A DNA stretch of 55,148 bases from Chromera velia (GCA_018398765.1 JAHBMJ010000154.1:1-55148), one strand, 5' to 3'. Shown: positions 10,116 to 23,004, counted from the first letter of the stretch. Notes: generated by a model from the sequence alone, not told the origin. Numbers and translations are program-made.

Positions 10116-13100
10116 ATGAAGGGCACGCGTCTCCTCTCCGGCTCTGTCTCCAGGCAGACGCAGAGCCTCTCGGCCTCTCTCTCAACAGGCACAGGACGGT
10201 CTTTCTCTGTGTCCACTTCTGTACCTCCCCCCACACCAAAACCTGTAGAGGACTACGGCCGATTCACCTCCAAGACCAGCAAGCGAAGGAAGCCCTCTGC
10301 CATCAGGGCGCTGCAGCCGTTCCTCTCCATCCCTGGGATGATCTCACTGGTCAGTCTCTTCGATTGCAAAGCCGGCCAACACGGGGAATGAGACTGGGGA
10401 TGCGATGCAGCAAAATTTTGATCTGAAAGCATTTCCCCGAGCTCTTTTAATAGCGTTCTTGCATTCTTGTGACTATCTCCACATTCGACGCCCCCGTTGC
10501 CTTTTGCCTCAACCCCTTGTTCCTGAAACTGGCCTCCAGGCTTCTTTTTTCTGTCTATCTCAGTCCACGCCAGACAGCCGCTCCATGCCGTTCTGTTCTC
10601 AAGTCTGATATCATGCCTTTCTTTGCCCCGAATTGTCTTTTGCTTATGTGCTCGCATCACAAATCGACGCTTTCGATCTCTAACGGGTGCTCTGCATCCT
10701 TTTTACCGGACGTGGGGTAGTTAGGGTGTCAATCTTTAAAAGGTACGCATGGTATGATGCAGGGAGGAGGCATGCCGAACCCCCTGACATTCCCCGTCTC
10801 CAAGATCAATGTGGAACTCACAGACGGCACATCCCTCTCAGTCGACACCCCCACTGCCCTCCAGGTCTGCATGCCATCATGGCAGTCACCCTTCTTTTAC
10901 TGGGGATTCTTCATCTGTCTCCGTGACGCACCCAACTTCCAAGATTTTCCTCCTCTGCGTACTTTTTTTTGTGTCCCTCGGTTCCTTTTTCTTTCGCCCC
11001 TATTGTCCTTCCCATGTGCTAGCTACACTACTCCCCCCCCTGCCCACTCCTCCTCCTTGCAGTATTCAGGAAGCAGGGGCATCGGCCCCCTCGTGGAGTT
11101 TCTCACGGAACTGCAGAGGAAGGAGCACTGCCCCCCCCAGACCTCAAACGAGAGGCTCCAAGTCTGTGTGACGAACGGAAGCCAGGACGCACTCACAAAA
11201 GTAGGGAGTCGCTTGCATTGGGAGTCAGAGGTTCGACTGGGAGCTCTCACTTTGTTGCTTTTTGTCTTTCTGCCTGTGTCTCTTTGTTTTTTTTATCAAG
11301 AACAGTGTGAGCTTCGGAGGAAGCGAACAAAAATACGGGGGGAGAGGGGTGAAGACGTTGTTGTTGTTTCTATCAGCCTTCGGATGCTTGAAAGGAATGC
11401 TCACTTTCTTTGTTTGTTTGTCTGATTTTGAGTGCTCTGGGTTCCCTTAGTGCCTTTTGTTCGTTCTGTTTGTCGCGTCTGTCTGTCCTCACCTGCATCC
11501 CGTTCTGTTACACGTAAAGATCGCTGGAGCAGAAAAAGCAAAAAGAAAAAAACCAGTGAGAGCCCACCGACACACTGTCCATCTTCTCTCTTCCCTCCCT
11601 TCTTCCTCTCGATCAGACTTTCGAGATGATCCTGGACCCTTCTGAGGGCGACGCTCTGATCATCGAGAGCCCCACCTACAGCGGCACCCTCGCGTTCCTG
11701 GAGCCTTTCGGTGAGGGGGGGGGGGGGGGGGGGCTGAGTGGAGGAGGGAGTGGTAGAAGAGGCAGACTGAGTCAATGAATGTCAGTCAGGAAAAAATGAA
11801 TTGTCTCTTGGGTTTGGTGTGAAGGAAGAAAGACATGCAGATAGTCGGAATGACTTCATGGTTTCTCTTTCGCTTCCTTTCTCCCCCGTCTGCATGTGTG
11901 CAGGTGCGCGTCTCGTCGAGATTCCGACTGACGGGGAGGGCATGGTGACGTCTGCTCTTCGGGAGAGATTGGACGGCTGGGACGAGGCCAGAGACGGCAA
12001 AAAGCCCCGGGCCGTGTACACGGTGCCGACAGGGAGCAACCCGACAGGAGTGTCGATGTCAGAGGAGAGGAGACGGGACCTCTACAGCATCGCACAGGTA
12101 GGCAGAGAGGCAGACAGAGAGGGAGACTGCATGGCTGACAGATGAGAGGTAGGGAAAGGCTCTGACAGGCATCCATCTTCTGCACATTTGCACGAACTTG
12201 TTAGACCTTTTCGCATCAGATTCGAATCGGACATCCTTCCGTTGTCTTCCCTGCAAGATTGAATGCAATCGACAGAGAAAGGGAACCAACCACGCTCCGG
12301 TATTCGAGCTGCAATAGAAATGCCCAGAAAAAAAGAAAGAGAGAGAGAGAGAGCGTTCCTGGTCGAAGTGACCTCCTTCCCGAGTTCTTTGACTGCAGGA
12401 CCACAATCTGTTGATTGTTGAGGACGACCCATACCACTTTCTCCAGTTCTCCGGAAAGAGGAAGAAGTCGATCTTCTCTCTCGACACAGATGGAAGAGTC
12501 ATCAGGTCAAGCTGTGGGAAAACAAGTGGACCTCCATGGGAGGAAAGAGGCGACGGGGATTCCGAGAACGATTTTCCCTCTTCTGCCCAGTATCCCATTC
12601 TGTCATCATCTTCGTTCCTGTTCCTTTTCTTCCTTCTCTTCTTTTGTGTGTAGTTCGGGGACTCTCTCTGCGGTCTGTTTTGTTCGATGGACCTTCTCTT
12701 GCTTTTTCCCCCTTCTCCATGTATCAATGAACGGCTGTGCACGTACAAATGCATGTGCAGATTTGATTCGTTCTCCAAGTTGGTCTCTGCTGGTATCCGG
12801 ATGGGGTTCGCGTCAGGGCCCAGGCAGCTGATCGAGAGACTGGAGCTGCACATGCAGGCAACGGAGCTGCATGCGTCCGGGGTCTCGCAGGGTGTCTTGG
12901 CGGCTCTGCTTCTGCACTGGGGACACGAGGGATTCGAGGCTCACGTGGGAAGGGTGGCAGAGTTCTATAGGTGGGCAGTGAGTGTGCGTGTCTGGGGGAG
13001 GGTGGAATGTCAGAGGAAATGTCTGCTCGTTCATTCCTTAGTATCTCAAATCTGAAAGCGTAGATGCTTTTTGCCGATGTATGCGTATGCAGTTCGCTTT

Positions 13101-13136
13101 CTTTTTGAAGACATCTCCCCCTCCCTGTGCGCGCGC

Positions 13137-13168
<32 letters not shown>

Positions 13169-13239
13169 TTGTCTGTGTGTATGTGTATGTGTTTGTGTTT
13201 GTGTGTGTGTTTGTGTGTGTGTGTGTATGTGTGTGTGTA

Positions 13240-13270
<31 letters not shown>

Positions 13271-13301
13271 GTGTGTGTGTGTGCGTGTGCGTGCGTGCGC
13301 G

Positions 13302-13333
<32 letters not shown>

Positions 13334-13386
13334 CCTGTATCTGTGTACGTGTGTGTGTATGTGTGTGTGTGTACGTGTGTGTGTAC

Positions 13387-13424
<38 letters not shown>

Positions 13425-13429
13425 CTGTA

Positions 13430-13466
<37 letters not shown>

Positions 13467-14074
13467 ATGTGTATGTCTGTGTGTGTGTGTCTTTGTATAC
13501 GTGTGACGTTCTTTCCATTCTTACCCTCTCTTCATATTCTTTCCCGCCTGCTTTGCAGACAACGAAGAGACGCGTTCGTCAAGCATGCAGAAACGCACCT
13601 GGCAGTCAGTCGGGGAGAAAGAATGAACGAAAAATATTGGCCTGGGTGGTTAGGGTGGTATAGTAGCTTCACGCGGCTCTGTAGAGGAAGCAGAGAGTCG
13701 TTTGCCCTCCCTCGTGCTTTTTTGATTCTTGTTTATCGGTCTTTTGTTCTCTAGGAGTCTCAATGTCTGCACATATGGATTTCTGTTGTCTTCGTGTGCT
13801 TCCACTCTGAGAGGGTGGGCGGACTGAGGGGGTTTCTTCCTGGCTTGCACGCATCTCGGGGATGTGTTTGGAAGGGGATGGAGTGTAAAACACACGGCAC
13901 GCACATGCGCATACATCGCGCGAAAAACGAAATAAATAAATATGAAAATTGTTTGATGCACGCATTTCGGGGATGTGTTTGGAAGGGGATGGAGTGTAGG
14001 GCAAGCCTGCTTTGATTGTGTTGGGTTCTGAATGTGTTTGAGTGGAGGCAGGCACGTGCTGAAAATCCTTCGGG

Positions 14075-14138
<64 letters not shown>

Positions 14139-15718
14139 GGGAAGATCCGTTTTGAAGTGCCCGATGCTGGAATGTTCGTGTGGATGGAACTGCTGGCACC
14201 CGAAGGACTGGAGGATGCGACAGATCTGATCAAGAGCAAGGCCGTGGAGGGAAAGGTCCTTTTTTTTTTTTCTTTCTGTCTTTCTTTCTGTCTTTCTGTC
14301 TGTCTGTCTGTCTGTCTTTCTTTCATTCTTTCTTTCTTTCTTTCTTTTCTTCTTTTTTTCTCTCTCTGTTTTCTTTCTTTTTGACTTCTTTCTTCCTGCG
14401 TTTTGTTTTTTCTTTCATTTTTTATTTCTGTCGTTCTTGCTTTCTTCATTCTGCCTCTCAATTTTTTTCTTGTTTCATGCTTTAGCCCGTCCACTTCACA
14501 GGCCTTTCAGAAGGCAGCTTGCGCAATGTGTGCGCGGAAGCCACATCACCAGGCCCGATCGGCTTCTTGAAAGAGTTTATCGCGCAAAAGGGCAAATTTT
14601 TCTCAAAGGCAAAAAGCAAAAAAAAAAAAAAAAAAAGCACAAAATCGACGTTCGGTCTGCATGGGGCAAGCTTCACACACGATCCATCGTTTTCAAGGCA
14701 CTCACCTTGTGAGAATGCAACATCTAAACTTGGAAGACGCTTTTGTAATGAAGGACTCACAGATTCGTTTTTTTTTTTTTTTAATTTTCTTTATTCGGTA
14801 CTTTCTTGTCTTTCTTCCATCCCTTTGCTCGCTCATTCTTTCTTTGTCTTCTCTCTCTCTCTCTCTGTCTGTCTCTCGCTTTCTCTCTCTCTCTGTCTGT
14901 CTCTCGCTTTCTGCGAGTGAAGTCAATCAGGTAGGCAGGCAGTCACGCAAAAAGATAATCCGAGAGACATTCCAGTGAATATTTTCATCTGCACTACCAC
15001 GACCGCCTGATCTCAACTTCTCGCTTCCCCCCCCCCCCATGCCTCCTTGTGCCTTCTTGTCTTCCTGAATGCAGGTGCTTCTGCTTCCGGGGAGCTGTTT
15101 CTTTCCTGGAGAGAGGAAGTCTCGGTAGGTTTGTGCAAGAGATGCGTCAACACTATGGACATCCATGGGTTTCCTTCGGTAGGCGAATGTTTGCTCTCCA
15201 GCTTTTGATTGCTTTCTTCATTGTGGTGTTTTTCTGCACGGGCACCTGCACCACGGACTTTCCCTTCCTCCGATTGGGTGTAGGACAGAAGGGGATCGGG
15301 ATTCTTTCTTTTTCTCGCGGGGACGCTGTCACTGGGAAGAGGAGAGGCCTCACAGAGAATGGACACGAAAGAAGAAAAAGAATGCGGCTCAACGGTGGAG
15401 GCTTTTCCCACCTCGCCCTGTTTTGCTCATATTCGGGACAGGTTTGCTTCCGTGGCGGCTTTTTGTCATCTGTTTGACGTACACTCACCAGCGACAGTGC
15501 TCCGGGGCCCCAATGCCTTACGCGATCACTATGTCACTGTCCTATTTGAAATCTTCCCTTTTGGCGGGTTCGGAACTTCATATTTGTGTGTAGAGCAGAC
15601 AATGAAAACGCTTTCCACATTCCATTTGGTTTGCAGCTTTGTGAGGGCAGCTTTCTCGACGGCATCGAGTGAGCAGATGGAGGAAGCTCTCAAGCGCCTT
15701 TCCGCTCTGTTGTCCTAG
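10116..15718 (+). CDS. AADAT: Kynurenine/alpha-aminoadipate aminotransferase-like (KAT II/AADAT-type PLP class I enzyme), 11 exons, about 457 aa, probable mitochondrial presequence
   Basis: Exons 10116-10349, 10763-10864, 11063-11200, 11617-11710, 11904-12097, 12399-12505, 12761-12970, 13559-13604, 14139-14255, 15075-15124 and 15637-15718 (1374 nt, in frame). Motifs PSAIR, ISLGGGMPNP, ALQYS, TNGSQD, YTVPTGSNPTG, EDDPY, DSFSK (PLP lysine), GMFVW and VRAAFS. The N-terminus is Ser/Arg-rich and acid-poor. Confidence 0.92.
13136..13490. repeat. Imperfect (GT)n/(CT)n microsatellite in an aminotransferase intron
   Basis: Directly visible dinucleotide tract; source of the spurious CVCV/HTHT ORFs. 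Confidence 0.95.
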
Positions 15719-16071
15719 GAAACAGCAAAGCGAGCAGAAAAGCTGAGGGGGGGTGAAGAGCCTTCAAGATGCCTCTGACTGTTTTTGTGAAACCGCTTGA
15801 GTATTGCTCACATTTTTCCTTGCATTTTTCAAATGCTGATCAATTGAGCACCTCTCTGTATACGACATGCATCAGTATGTATTGACGTAGACGTTATATG
15901 CATTTTGCTGCATAGTGCGTGCATGAGGCATTATGAGTCACCTATTGAGTCACAGTGATCAAGTGCTAAGCTAGGTGCTAAGTTAATTCGGATTATATTC
16001 TGACATAATTCTGTAAACTTTATGTATGCATTATAGCCTAAATTATAGTGAAGTTTATATTATAATTAAAT

Positions 16072-16460
16072 CTAGGTGTATCACTGTACTATACCACACA
16101 GAAAAAAAAATATGAAAAATTGAGATTTTATATATTTTTAAAATGTTTTTTTTTTTTTTCTTTTTTTAACGGCCTGCCCGGGCCTGTAAGGCTGCAACAG
16201 CAGCTTAATTGCAACACATGTGTAACACTTGTGCAACAGCTAAACAACAGTTAATTGTTTTATAGTCAAATTATAGATAAAAAAAAGAAAAACGGTGAAG
16301 TGTAATATGTCAAAATCAGCTAATCGATCAGAGGCCTCGCCTGGGCATATGCATATCAATGATAGCCTCACGCGTGAACCAAACCTTTCAATTATATAAT
16401 TAAAAAAAAAAATCCATGACAAACTGCGATCTATACATTTTTTCCCTGTAATACGCTTAG
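16072..16460. mobile_element. Old non-autonomous TIR element, CTAGG-terminus group
   Basis: Left CTAGGTGTATCACTG vs reverse complement of the right end CTAAGCGTATTACAG. Flanks AATTAAAT and AATTAATC form a degenerate TSD. It carries the internal AACTGTTGTT...GTGTTACA motif also seen at about 906-945 and 25381-25440. Confidence 0.55.
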
Positions 16461-16709
16461 AATTAATCGCGTGTTAGCCCGCACGTCACGGCCCATACAA
16501 GTTGCAGGCATGCATATTATCACCACAACCGTTCCGGTTCCTCATGAACTTTGACTTGAATACTGATCGATCTCTTTTTCCGGCCTGCATCTCTATTCAT
16601 GGGAGCTCTGCAGTTAGTCAGATGATGAGTAAAATAAGACAATGTAAGACCGAAAGGTTCCTGCTATGCAGGACGGAAGTTTGGATTGCAGCCGGCGCTC
16701 ATGATGCAA

Positions 16710-17111
16710 CTAGGCTCGGATTCAATATATATTATATTTCAGAGAAAACGCTAATATATTATAATGTAATATAATATAATATAAACTTAATGTAAAATTG
16801 GAAGATGAAGATTGGGTTGGAGGAGATGAGTTAGAGAATAAAGATCTGGCATGCAAAATCTGATGACGACGCGTCTCTTTGGTTGATGAAGCGGTTTTTT
16901 AAAAGGATTCAGCGGGAGGTTGCTCTATCTAGATGAAAGATGTGGTTGAGTCGAGGTCGAAATCTACTACTATTGAAGTTGAATTACGAGGGAAAGAAAG
17001 ATAAACACGGACAGATTTATATAGATGTTATATCATATTATATTATATTTATATTATTATATTAAGGAAAGTCTAAAGATATATATATGTATATATTAAA
17101 TCCAAGCCTAG
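16710..17111. mobile_element. Non-autonomous TIR element (402 bp), CTAGG-terminus group
   Basis: TIRs CTAGGCTCGGATTCAATATAT / CTAGGCTTGGATTTAATATAT; perfect 8-bp TSD TGATGCAA (16702-16709, 17112-17119). Confidence 0.9.
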
Positions 17112-17279
17112 TGATGCAAGCCCTGGCCAGACCTTTATTCTTATACTTTTACTTCCTTCCATCTCTCTACGCTAGCCACCAATGTCTGCACACTTTGCTG
17201 TATTCCTAAAATACGACAGTGGTCTCATCACCCTGATGTTAAACTCTAGGTTAAACTAAATGTTAAGTTGATTTATGAT

Positions 17280-18639
17280 TAGTGACCAGATTTGATTTGA
17301 TAGGATTTGATTTGATAGGATTTGATTTGATTTGATTTGAGCTTCAAGCTCAAATCTGACCAGATTTGAGGTAGATTTGAGGTTGAAGTCTAGAGGTGTT
17401 GTGTCCTGGCCTAGAGCGTCCCACACAGATCCAACGACGACCACGGCATGTCCCATCCAGGCAGCGCGGGGGCCATAACAACTATTCTGTCCACAGTATC
17501 CCACTGAATATTTCTGGCTCAACAGTGCATTCTCCGTCACTGTTTTGTCCAGCTGATCGATGGGATCAGACCTAGCTTCTTGGTTGACAGTCTCACGTGA
17601 ACACGATCCGTATATTCCTTGTACTAAGTCTAGAGAGTGTCTAGCTAGTACATAACAAGAGGTCACTCTCGACAAAACTGAAGACGACATGACACAGTCG
17701 ATACCACTAATAAATCCTAAAAAGCCCTAGACACAAAAAAAAACACTAAAAACTAGACTAAAAGCTACATTAAGTCATGATTAAGACTCTCAAAATTAAT
17801 GAGCTATTATCAAAGCTAAGAGCTTATATAAGTTAAGAGTTTACAATTACATTACTCCCTCTTTCTGCAGCCTGCAGGCCACACTTTCTTTTGAATTGCT
17901 CTCGCGAATGTGTCAGATGTTATGTCTGTGCAATTGATCGATCGAGCTCAGAAAGAACCTCGTGTAAACCGTTTTCGGCACAGGCCAGACCTGTGCGGGC
18001 CAGCCAAAGAGGTCTGATGCGCTTCGGCGCTTTCTCTGGAAGCCGCACATCGGACATTCAGCATTGGGGCAGGAGGCCAATCCTCCGGACATAAATCCTA
18101 ATTCTAATACTAATCTTATATAGCCGGTACTGTATACTAATGTGGCCTTCTTGCTAGCCTTCTTGTTGTTATGACCTATGGGATTGTTTAACATCGTTGA
18201 TCGGTTTAATAAGGGGGGACCCAAGAAGGGCCCAAGCCTGGTAAAGAAAGAAATATAAAAACTGCCACAGGACAATAAAGAACCACTTCAAACCCTCAAT
18301 CAAAACTTGAATGTCTGGAAAATCGACTGGATGACCTCTTTTTTACTGAACAGATATTATTTGGAAAAGCTTTTGGGCGTTCATATTCATGCTAGATATT
18401 CATGGGAAACCGATGAAAAAAAATTTTTGTGATCATTTGTTTTTTTTTTGCGCACAAAAAGTGTGAAGACTCATTTAAGAGACTGAATGACGGATTAAGC
18501 TCGAAGATTTGAGGTTAAAGGGTCAGATTTGAAGTAGATTTGATAGGATTTGGTAGGCCGTATCATGCTAAAGTTTCTCAGGCCTAAGATTTGATTTGAG
18601 GTTAAGCCCTACTTCACATCAAATCAAATCTGGTCACTA
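17280..18639. mobile_element. hAT-type non-autonomous DNA transposon (1360 bp)
   Basis: Perfect 22-bp TIR TAGTGACCAGATTTGATTTGAT, perfect 8-bp TSD TTTATGAT (17272-17279, 18640-18647), and subterminal GATTTGA repeats at both ends. The TAGTG start fits the hAT YARNG consensus. Confidence 0.92.
17961..18119 (+). mobile_element. Isolated LINE 3'-end/SINE-like fragment with a TAATCC-type tail, nested in the hAT element
   Basis: Homologous, in inverted orientation, to 23565-23707, which is the 3' end of a decayed LINE. Ends in TAAATCC-TAATTC-TAATAC-TAATCT. Confidence 0.75.
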
Positions 18640-18676
18640 TTTATGATTCACACTAACCATTCAATTATGCGGCTCA

Positions 18677-18684
18677 GAGAAAAA

Positions 18685-18723
<39 letters not shown>

Positions 18724-18752
18724 GAAGGAAGGAAGGAAGGAAGGAACGAAGG

Positions 18753-18783
<31 letters not shown>

Positions 18784-18843
18784 AAAAAAGACAGAAAGAA
18801 AGAAGGAAAGAAAGAAAGAAAGAAAGAAAGAAAGAAGGAAGGA

Positions 18844-18875
<32 letters not shown>

Positions 18876-18990
18876 ACGAGGGAAAGAAAGAAAGAAAGAA
18901 AGAAAGAAAAGAAAGAAAGAAAGAAAGAAAGAAAGAAAAGAAAGGAAGAAAGGAAGAAAGGAAGGAAGGAAGGAAGGAAGGAAGGAAAAC
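18677..18990. repeat. (AAAG/AAGG)n microsatellite
   Basis: Directly visible tract. Confidence 0.95.
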
Positions 18991-19273
18991 AAAAGAAATG
19001 ACTGCATGGGGAAATAAGTAAAGAAGGGAGGAAGAGGGGGAGGAAACACGAAAGCAAGAAGCTTCGACGAAGAAGGAGTTTCAAGCAAGAAAGAAAGAAA
19101 AGAAAGGAGGGGAGGGGAGGGGAAAGGGGATCAGGAAGACAGAAAGAGATTAGGAAGGAGAGGGTTTTTCAGAGATCCAGCAAGAAAACTCGAGAAGAAT
19201 CAAACTCCAAAGAGAATTCAGAACGAACAAAAGTCTTCCCAGAACTCTACACTTCGATCAGTGCATTGTGGCA

Positions 19274-20681
19274 CTACTCTGCAGTCTTTTGAACCATCGC
19301 GGCAGAATCCATGAGCGACAGAATCTCTTGATATCCTCTTTCTCTTGCCACAATATGCGGCGAATTCCCAATGATATCCGACAGATGAGCATCCGCCCCT
19401 CGCTCCAGCAGAAGCTTCGCGGTCTCAACGGCATTTCTACTTACAGCCCTGAGGAGAGCTGTTCTACCACAGTGCCCCCGCGCGTTAACGTCTGCACCGT
19501 TGTCGAGGAGAATCTCCGCGACCCTTCTGACGCCTTCTGAATTTGAATTCTCTGACATATAAAGCAAATCTGTCAGGGGAGTATCGTTATGGGGGTCACG
19601 CCTATTCACATCTGCTCCCCTGTCAATCAGAAGCTGCACGGTCTCATGACATCCCTTCCGTGCAGCATAGGAGAGGGCTGTATCTCCGTCTGCGTCGACT
19701 GCATCCACAATCCCCCCCCTTGACAGAAGAAGCTCAGTCAGCTCTTCAACCCCCCAGTCGGCGAAAACGTGCAGGAGGGGCTGAAAACCATCCACCCTGA
19801 TGCTCTCCACATCAGACGTTTTCACGATCAGATCCCGCAGCGCCTCTGTCAGAGCGGAACGCACTACAGGGTCATCAACATTCGCATCCGCATCATTGGC
19901 AGCTTCACAGGCAATCCGAAGAACCTTTTGGCCCTCCGCGTCTTCTGCTTCAACGTCTGCCCCCTCTGCAAGAAGAGATGGAACTGCACCATTTCCCAAC
20001 GACACAGGCGACAGGCAACCATGACGGCTGTGTCCCCGGCCTCACCAGTCCCCGAATCCCCTTCACCCTCTCCTACATCCTCGGCAGGCCGGGGGGAGCT
20101 CTTACTTACTTTCCTTACCTCCAAGTCTGCCCCGCCCTCTCTAACCATCTGTAAGGCATCCATGCTGTCTGCACAGATGGCCTTCATAAGAGCCGTCTGA
20201 CCCCCCACCAACCCGTTCAGATCAACACCCACCTTCAAGAAAAGGCGGACGTCGTCGCCATCGTTCTCGCCCGACATGAAGGCGAGAGCTTCTTTTGGAA
20301 GTCTCGAGCTGTCACGGGGCAGAAGGAACGGACAATCTGGCCGACAGCCGCAAGACCCCCACCGAAAAAATCTGAGAGGTCGAGCTCTAGATGTCTGTTG
20401 ATCACCTCACTGATCCGCCCATGCACGTCCTTCGAAAACTCTTTGCACTTTCTGTCAAGACTTTTCAACGTAAGTACATCTTGAGAGAGGACACGGGGCA
20501 CACGCGCAGCCGCTGCGGCTGCAGCTGCACCGTCCCCTTCTCCCCTCTTGGCTTCCAAAAGCTTTCTGACAATCTGAACTCCTTTGAATAAAGTTTCAAG
20601 AGAAGACAGGAAAGAAGATTGTAGTGTCTCCAGTTGTTCTACGAAGGCTTCTGTGGTGGGAGGAAGATCCGTCTCGTCCAT
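19274..20681 (-). pseudogene. Ankyrin-repeat gene with two frameshifts
   Basis: Three overlapping ORFs (20235-20681, 19864-20277, 19274-20005) join into one protein with ankyrin repeats (GQTALMKA, DTAVMVAC, GDTALSYAARKG, NDTPL, GRTALLRAVSRN, GNSPHIVARERG). Frame changes at about 20285 and 19980 leave no room for introns. Confidence 0.75.
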
Positions 20682-21474
20682 TTTTTCTAGCTATTCAACT
20701 TTTTTGAATCCGTTGCCTCTCACAAGAAGGCCACACTCGTTGTCTCATGCACTTCAAGGCAAAACTGCTCAGACATGCAATTCTGTGAAGCCTTCAGAAC
20801 TAGTGGAGAATAACAGATAATAACAGTGCCAGCGTGTGCCAGGCTGCCGCTGCCACGGCTGACCTTGGTTGAGTTTGAAGTGCCGGGCCGCCTCACGCGT
20901 GGGCGCGCGGATGCATTGCGCGCCGACGCGTATACTTCGGCCTGTGCAGCGGCGAAGTACACAAACTTTGTGTTTTGTCACTCTTGAGGCTCTCTGTGCA
21001 AAAAGTGCCTGCATGTGAGCGTAGACGGATGTCTGACAGATGTCTGACAGTCTCGAAGTGATAATTTGCATGATCGAAGTCTCAAATTCATTCTCTGGCC
21101 GGAGTTCAGAGAGAGTCTACTGAACGTCGAGACCCAGAGAGTGTGTGTACAAAAACAAGTGCGGATTACCATGTCTGTGCGGCCGTAAGAGAGTCTTTAG
21201 AGCTTGTTCGTCTGGACATCCGTCTCGCCGTCTCTGAACTCTTCGATTCACTACATGCAATTTTCCCTCAGCAAGCACACGCATACATCTATCTGGGTTG
21301 AACTTTTAAAGACATTCCCATCTGCTTCTACAGATATCCTGACTTTCTGAATTTTGTTTTTCTTATTCGCATTCGCTGCCTTTGGTATATGGCTTTCTTT
21401 GGATACATTCTGATCTGAAAAAAAAAAATCCAAGTCGTTCGATCAACTTTTGAACATCGCTGGACCTTGACAGC

Positions 21475-23004
21475 ATGAAGGCGGCCGGTGCATCCAGGGT
21501 AGAGGTGATTGCCTTGTGCGCCCTCCTCTCCCGTCTGGTAACCCTGGTACTCGGGTGGGTGTTTGACTTTTTGGTGCCGGACCTGGACACATCGTCTGAC
21601 CTCCTGCTTCGATCTTCAGACACGAGACGGGGCTTGTCCTTTCTGTACTGGCCTGTGAAGCCCTTCCTCAGGTGGGACGCCGCCCACTTTCTCCACCTCG
21701 CCGTGGAGGGCTACAGAGTAGAGCTGCAGTTCGCCTTCTTCCCTGCCCTTCCTCTGTTGATGCGGTGGATTGGGACAGTCCTGAAGAAGGTATTTGAAAT
21801 TCCGCTGGGAGCGGGCGCAGGGCTCGGGGGGATGGTTGTCTCGAATGTGGGCTTTGTGTATGCGTGCATAGGGCTCTATATGTTCGTAAAGGAAATACTT
21901 GAGAACGAAGGCAGTCACCCGAGAGAAGCAAAAAAAAGGGCCTTCCGGTCGGCGCTCTTCTTTTCCTTTCCCGCCTGCAGCGTGTTCATGTCTGCGCCCT
22001 ATACAGAGAGCCTCTTTTGTGCGCTGACTTTCTGGGGCTCTTTCTGGCTAGAGAGAAGCCTAGCTTTAGAGAGACAAAGGGAAAACCAGGGGAATTTGAA
22101 GAAAGAAAAGGGACCAATAGAACAGAGAGAAAGAGAAAAAAGAAGGGGACTAGCAGGCAATTGGGGCATCAGATGGGTTGGGGTGCTTCTGTTTGCCCTC
22201 GGGAGTGCTGTGCGACCCAACGGTATTCTGCAGCTCGCTCCTCTGTTCGCAGTCACACTTTGTAGCTCGGCCCCTCTTTGGCCTCGTGTTGCTGCCAGTC
22301 CAGGAACAGGAACGGGCTCACAAGGGGAAAAGGGGAAAGGGACGGGAGGGGGGAACAGACAAAGGTCCCAGGAACCCGCCAGTCCGACAACACTACGGCT
22401 TTGGTTTGTTTCCCTTTTTTGCGAGTGTCTGCCTCGCCTTTTGATTCACTGGTTCGTGGCATTCCTTCAGGCTGTCACGGTGGTGTCTCCCTTCGTTTTT
22501 ATTCTGTGGAACGCTTACGGCATCTTCTGTTCGAGGGACAAAGAAAACCACCCGGCTTGGTGCAATCGGAGCATGCCGAATGTGTACGCTCACGTGCAAC
22601 GAGAATATTGGGGTGTGGGGCCGTTTCTGTACTTTCAAGCAAAACAGATTCCCAACTTTCTCTTGGCTGCACCTGCCCTGTCGGTCGCCTTTGGGCGTGT
22701 GTGGAGCAGGATTTATAGAGGAGGCGGGAGAGGGATTCTTTGGTCTGTTCTGTCAGACTCCTCGTGGGGCTACGATTTTGTCCTGGGGTTTCTTGCCGTG
22801 TATACTTTGGTGTGTGCAAACGTGCAAGTGTTCACGCGTCTTGTGTCTGCATGTCCCACTTACTTCTTGCACTTGGGCGACTTGAGTGAGAAGAGGCGGA
22901 GAGGAGGGTGGGATGCTGTGTACTTTGACGTCGTCTTGTTTTTTCATGTTTTGTTCTTCTTTCTTGGGCCTCTCTTGTTCTGTAATTTTGTCAATTGGAC
23001 TTAA
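21475..23004 (+). CDS. PIGV: GPI mannosyltransferase 2 (PIG-V/Gpi18), intronless, 509 aa
   Basis: Motifs RWDAAHFLHLA..GY, AFFPALP, SAPYTESLF, RPNG, VYAHVQREYWGVGPFLY, QIPNFLLAAP, NVQVFTR and terminal NWT; several hydrophobic segments. Confidence 0.93.
   Translation: MKAAGASRVEVIALCALLSRLVTLVLGWVFDFLVPDLDTSSDLLLRSSDTRRGLSFLYWPVKPFLRWDAAHFLHLAVEGYRVELQFAFFPALPLLMRWIGTVLKKVFEIPLGAGAGLGGMVVSNVGFVYACIGLYMFVKEILENEGSHPREAKKRAFRSALFFSFPACSVFMSAPYTESLFCALTFWGSFWLERSLALERQRENQGNLKKEKGPIEQREREKRRGLAGNWGIRWVGVLLFALGSAVRPNGILQLAPLFAVTLCSSAPLWPRVAASPGTGTGSQGEKGKGTGGGNRQRSQEPASPTTLRLWFVSLFCECLPRLLIHWFVAFLQAVTVVSPFVFILWNAYGIFCSRDKENHPAWCNRSMPNVYAHVQREYWGVGPFLYFQAKQIPNFLLAAPALSVAFGRVWSRIYRGGGRGILWSVLSDSSWGYDFVLGFLAVYTLVCANVQVFTRLVSACPTYFLHLGDLSEKRRRGGWDAVYFDVVLFFHVLFFFLGPLLFCNFVNWT

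Noticed and set aside
12724..13754. Long CVCV/HTHT ORFs, and similar ones at 18.6-19.1, 33-34, 38-40 and 44-45.6 kb
   Set aside because: They are translations of microsatellites in introns or intergenic DNA.
13847..13998. 41-bp direct repeat in an aminotransferase intron
   Set aside because: It is a local duplication with no TIR, TSD or coding signal.
18010..18045. Possible hammerhead or HDV-like ribozyme in the LINE 3' module
   Set aside because: It has CTGATGC rather than CTGATGA, no correctly placed GAAA, and no HDV L3/P1.1 pattern was found. Kept only as a structured-RNA candidate.
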